From: Tubiluchus corallicola
Lineage: Eukaryota > Animalia > Priapulida
Direction: 5' to 3'
Length of the DNA stretch: 64,000 bases
NCBI GenBank assembly: GCA_030141605.1
Contig: JAQGDQ010000304.1
Location: 62,001-126,000 of the forward strand
Shown here: piece after piece, positions 21,627 to 64,000 of the stretch
Layout: each line of letters opens with the position of its first letter
Numbering within the stretch: position 1 is the first letter of the stretch
The notes under the pieces: generated by a model
What the model was told of the DNA's origin: nothing
Databases searched by the model: none
The model's input: the letters and a program-made list of their open reading frames with translations, nothing else
Made by a program: the position numbers and the translations under genes

Positions 21627-21998
21627 ACGACAAAACAAACAAACATTTATTTCATCCAGCAAACAATCAAGATGCAAGTTTCACGAAATAGCTAAAAATA
21701 CAACAAATGCTTAGAAATTGGGCCCCACATTATTACAATTTTACAAATAGACTGCAAGGACTACAAGAAGTTTGCTGCGTAGTGATCAAGAAAGGAACTT
21801 TGTTAGGCTACCTAAAAAACCTCTTCTAAAAAAAGAAGATAAAGAAATGTGAATTATTTTGCGGTTAATTAAAAGTAACCAGGAAGAAACCAAAACAGTT
21901 GAAACAAAGTTCAGATTCCATGTATATATTGCATTTTGAACGATAATAAATCCTCCAATACGATAACGTTAAGTGGAGATTTTTAATTTGGAGTCTTC

Positions 21999-22001
<3 letters not shown>

Positions 22002-22065
<64 letters not shown>
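22002..22065. repeat. (CT)n microsatellite
   Basis: Near-perfect CT run, directly visible. Confidence 0.95.
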
Positions 22066-24401
22066 GTATGTCTCGCTTTTTTTCTACCTCTCTTTCAGCA
22101 AGTAGATAAGTGGCTGAATGAATAAGACTGAATAAGCGAATAAAACAACGAACGAGTGAATGTGTGAAGGAGTGAGTAAACGTTGGTTAAGGAAGTGAAC
22201 GTGTGATAGTGAACAGAATTTGCGATCAAGATACTTAGCTGCTGCGGCTCTACTGCCACCGGCCACCTGTGATATGGCGCCAAATTTTGGGAGGCCCCAA
22301 TTTGTAGAAGTAATTTTGGCATAAATAGTAAGCATGGCATAAACAAGAAGTAACTAAGTAATAAGTCAGAAGTAAAAGCTTGGCATAAATAATAACATAA
22401 TATACTGTCTTAAATTTAAGTAAATGAATTTTCTGCGTTACTTTCAAACCAAAATGTATGATATATCAATTCTAACACAGAGTTGTCTTCCCGCAACAAC
22501 ACACATACTACGTTTGGCTTTATCTGTCTTCCCTTCATCATTTCAGACAGGCAGTACTGCCGCTTTACCCTGCTTTTGTTCATAATTTGCACTGGCAGGA
22601 TTGTGTGTATAAAGCAGCAGAGCTAATACTATACTCTCACACGATAAATAGATCCGTCTGTAACAAATTGTCTGATTCAAACTCTAGGCAATGTTTACTT
22701 CGGTAGTTTTTGTAAGAAGCAGATTATACCCTTCACACTATTACGTCGTGGATAACTCAGTAAGCAATTATTTGATAACACGTGGCCAAAGAGGATTACT
22801 TTTTATTGGGCTGATCTAATCTGTCTGAGGTAGGTTTTTATACTGGACCCGCACACGAAAGCAGGATCATTAAGTTTAACAAAAATCTGCGTGTCACCTA
22901 GTTGGTAAAAACACAGCTTGTTAATCCGGCGTGTGGAAAATAGGAAAACCGCTTATTAAATCCAAAATTTAAAATACGAATTGTAAAGTTAAACGTCACA
23001 AAATTTGTCGGTTTTTAATTGCCGATTCTTCAAAAAATTTCTCTCGGATCATTACTGGAGCAGACGTTGATTCGTATTCGTACATCAATTCAAAGCAAAC
23101 TCGTCTTTTCTTGTTGATTCGAGGCTAGAAAATTCAATGCGCCACACGGCTGCGTACGGCAAAAATATTAGTTCACCTGGTCAAGTGGTTTAAACTGTGC
23201 ATTCGGAAGCTCATCCCGGAGTTATTTCTTACATAATTTAACCAGATTAGCTGAAATTTTATTACAGGTGTTACGTTTTTTTCATTAAAATTTGATGAAA
23301 GTATAGTGTCACGTGATGCGGTTACAATCAGATTGATCCAGCTACTGTTTCTTAGTTATTGAAAATTTAAGTGAAACCAAATTCTGTTGGTTATTATTGA
23401 AAATTAATTGCCATCATGAGCACAACGTCAAACAGAAAGTTTTCTAGTTTAAACCACAGCAGTGTTAAACGAAAAAAACAACTTACAACACCCATTCAGT
23501 ACGATAAACCCATTCAAAACGAGGCCATTTTAAATGAAATCTTCTTCGATTTAAAACAAGATCAACAGGTAGGGATTTGAGTTCAAGCTGTGTTAAGCTC
23601 AATTCACAAACAACAATACGGCCCGTTCGCAGTATATAGCCAAAGCGATTCTATTTAGGGTAATGCAAGGCCAAAAGGCGATAAAGTATTTTGAAGCCAG
23701 CAAGAATCCAAAAATGGCTCGATATGATTTAAATTACTGCGAATCCTTTGTAACCGCGAACGGACCGTTTTTACACAAAATCCCGGTTCCGCTTAACACA
23801 TTTTGGGATTTTGTGTAGGGTGCCTATAAGCTCGATCTAAATTGCAGTAAGCTTCATTTTGCTTTGCAATTAATAACAGAATTATACATTTCAATGTTTT
23901 ATCTAAATAATTTTATGCATCTAAAGGCCTACAGTAGACGTTCAAACACACGGCAATAACGCTGTTTAAAAGCCCCATAAAAGGTGTTCTGAGGTGAATA
24001 AAAGTGGTCGAAATTGCTTGAAAATAAAGCACACGAAGCTTCTAATTCTCCCTTAAATGAACGATTGAGTAATCGATTTCGGGTTTTATACATAGTGTTG
24101 TATCGATCAGGTGCAAAACTGTGTCACTGAATGAAAGCAAAACCTATACGTAACTAATTTAGCGAACCCAACTAAGCATCAATGAGTAAATACTGCACCA
24201 CAATACGAGTCAATTTTATGTAGCCTGGTATTTTTTCATTGTCTGCAAAAACAGTCAATATATTGGCAGTTGTCATTGGAAAATTCATTTTTAATAGAGC
24301 AGTACTACACAATCAAGGAGTGGATTGGCTTAAATCACCTAAAAATGAATGAGACAGACTGATTGTATTATTTTTGATAACAAACCGCAGCTTGATAAAC
24401 G

Positions 24402-24407
24402 TTTATT
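24402..24407 (-). terminator. Candidate poly(A) signal for the myosin transcript
   Basis: AATAAA on the minus strand about 2.2 kb past the myosin stop, followed by GT/T-containing sequence; other sites are possible. Confidence 0.25.
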
Positions 24408-26595
24408 GTCATCTTTGAATGTTGGTTCTAATAATGTGCAAACTAGTGACTCGGTTACATGCCTTTCGGGAAAATTATGAAATAAATCTTTTTGCCGTGA
24501 TATCTGATATCAATCTGCTATCGAATTGCCCCTGTTAGTTACGCATTAACAATGATTTAATTTGGTTTGTGTGTTAATTTGATTTAATCTGAGTGTTATT
24601 TTTTGCAGGAAAATGTAAGCAGAGATGCCTGACAAGCTCATTTCAGTAAAGCAGTCACTTAGAATGATGTACCACACAAGTATAAAGAAACAAAAAGAAG
24701 ACAACTTGTACTCAACAATGCTTTTACTTTTTCCCCCAAAATACAAATATTCTAATGAATATTCTCCATACAAATCAAGAGATTTGTTAGCATTTTTAAG
24801 CTGTGTTTATATCTTAGCTTAGCAAATTAACATAAAGAAATTCTTCCAGTACGATACATTAATTATTATAATAATTATTAAATATTACTTACTGCGAAAA
24901 ATATTAAAGCACACCTATGCACGCATTAGCTCTACTGCTGATAGATAATTAATTATATTACTAAACTAATACTGTGCATGGTATGGTATAACAAAAGTTA
25001 TGTGCATATCCAAAAATGACAACTGATTTCTGTGGTTAGTAAATTTTCAAAAAAAAGTGCAGTTATTAGTTCCTATACAGAGCACCACTATTCAACTGTT
25101 CAACACTTCTCAAGTCTCTCTATACATCTAAAAGGGCAGCCTATAGTAACCACAACAGACTTGTCCTATGACAACACAGTCTACCAGAATTAGTACTCCG
25201 CAGGCTGTGTTGCAGCTTGATGAATATGTAGTTAAACAGCTAGCTTTCAGACAAACTATCACCAACACATAATGACACAGTAGGTCACTAATATGCAAAA
25301 TAAAATAAATAATTAAAGTTGTTGCCAATATTACTATTAATAATTGCTTGAACAAACGTACCATCACGGAAACCGTAAAATAGGGCTTACACAGTAGTAC
25401 TAGGAGTACTTGCAATAATAACTAAACATGGGTTGAAGCTAAAATAATTATAGGAAAAATTTTTAATAATGTATCGTTCATTTACATATCGCGAAATCGT
25501 AGTTTTCACGATATTTAAACATGTTTAAATAGTGCTGATAGAATAAGAACTGTTCCAAACAGTTTAACTCATCATGTCTCAGTTTCAGTGTTTAAGTAGG
25601 AGCAAGAGCAGAAATCTTTGAGTTCTAGCAGTACTTTGCATATTAAATTAGAGAATTAAATAATGTAATGAGTTTTTAAAGTGATTTTATAACAAACACC
25701 CATTTTCCAGGTTTGGTTAGTGGACGTTTAAGAGCCTTACAACAACAAACTAAATATTAACTGTAAACCAAGTATGATCACACCATTGCAAGTTGTCATA
25801 ACAATAACAATAATAGCACAGCTTGTAGCCGATTGCTGACCAATCACCAAAAAAAAACAATGTTTTGTTTAAATAGTTTAGAATAACTAAATCAATCACC
25901 TAAAGGAAGACATAACATTATATCTATAAACCTATGCAATATAGCGAAATAACTGCAACAGATACGGAAAGACATACTAGCTAACCAATTGTCTCTACGT
26001 ACATGGATAAATACCATATACCAGTAGTACTTCCAAAAATACAAAAACACCTATAACAATCACCAGTTTTAATATCTCACAGACATTGTCAGAACAAGGC
26101 AGTATTCTCAATGGCTCATCTGACGGACATAAAAAAACATAAAAAAATTATTGATTTACACACAAGATAAGCATCGACTACTATATCACTAATATTTCTT
26201 AGTCTGATCGGGCAATAGGAAATATATTTTTAAAAAACCAAAGCAAAATATATCCTCACTTTATGATGCCTAGCAAATTATCAAACATTATCACCTGCTA
26301 ATGTTCACAATGTCATCTCATATCTCTGGATAATTTAAATAGTTTCTACGACTTCAGACTATGACATGCAGAATACTCGATATATTTTAATTATTAATTA
26401 CCCATCAAACAAACACAAATGGGAATGTAACTTCTTTCCTATAACATCATCGAAGGAACACAAACAAGCTAGTACAGTTAAAGAAATTTTGCACATTAAT
26501 CAAACACTGGCAGAAGTGCTGCTGTTTAATATTTCTAGAGACAATTAACGTGTTTGTCATGATATTTTAAAGCAAAAGTTCAATATTAAAGGCAA

Positions 26596-63106
<36,511 letters not shown>

Positions 63107-64000
63107 CTGTAAAATCATAATTAAAATAGAAGCTAAAGAGTGGTGATTAATCATTAAATATAACATACAGCTATCAAACTGTAAAATCCATATTGGTTGA
63201 CAACACTTGGAAAACATTAACAGTCCCAAAATCATGTTCTGCAAAAGAATTTATATTTGATTCCCAGACTCAAATAATACCAAAAAAGTAATCTAAAAGG
63301 TGTTTGCTAACTGTTAAACACTTTAAAAATAAGGCCCCGAATAATGACTATTTCTGTCATTCCTTAGCTAAAGATGAGCAAGAAGGCCGTATATGGCTAA
63401 CATTCAAAATCTTGCCTCTTATACTGTCGATTGGTAACAAATAACACAGCTAACGAAAGATACGGTAACTTGACAAAAAATAATCACTTTTCAGACAGAG
63501 AAGAAACAAAACCTTTCTTAGTTTTACATCTCAAATTTACCACGAACCCTCAGCGGCTCACCCACTATCATGGCCAAAGACGCAAGAGACTAAAAGCCTA
63601 CTTATTATTAATTAGTATCCCCACCCCATTTGAGTGTATATTTGCACATCCATTTGGAGACTTAGTGCATTGTAAAAAAATAGATAGAATAGGATTGACA
63701 AGACCGCCATATGTGATAAGAATTAGGACAGCTCTGGAAAGTTTTAAAAATGAGAAAACAAATCTCTTTAGGGCTTACAATTTTCAAGTTTTTGGAAAAC
63801 TAATCAGAAATTTATACATATAAATTTTTGTGGAGTTTTCATCATTAGTTGGTTGCCAATTCACAAGATTACAACATTCACAGCGTAATTGAGTAACCAC
63901 TGTGGTCTTCAATAAATTACTTGAAGGGTTGATTATTGTAACATTAAATGTCTTGTGATTTTCCATTTTGGGCAAAGTTAAGTTATGAGGTGGCAACAAG

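Noticed and set aside
21497-21691. Poly-Ile ORF
   Set aside because: Translation of the (AAT)n microsatellite.
63431-63823. 130-aa plus-strand ORF
   Set aside because: TTG start, no recognisable domain, antisense within a myosin intron.

Overview
The window joins DNA from two domains of life with no gap. Bases 1 to ~8445 are a gene-dense, intronless Bacteroidota polysaccharide-utilisation locus on the minus strand: fecR anti-sigma, STN-bearing susC, susD, a small lipoprotein, and a large lipoprotein glycoside hydrolase that runs off the left edge and is missed by the ORF track. From ~8450 to 64000 the DNA is AT-rich invertebrate animal genome. It holds a decayed restriction-like-endonuclease (RLE) non-LTR retrotransposon (~8660-11300), the first coding exon of a conventional protein kinase C (18460-18617, minus), and 38 hand-traced coding exons of a non-muscle myosin II heavy chain (26596-63106, minus; N-terminal exon(s) beyond the right edge). 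The myosin gene has a U12 minor intron, a GC-AG intron and candidate loop-1 microexons. MITEs, a foldback palindrome and microsatellites fill introns and intergenic DNA. The junction cuts the start of fecR and falls inside the PKC intron following the first coding exon. A chimeric assembly or concatenated contigs is the most economical reading; a very recent bacteria-to-animal insertion is the alternative and can be tested with spanning reads.
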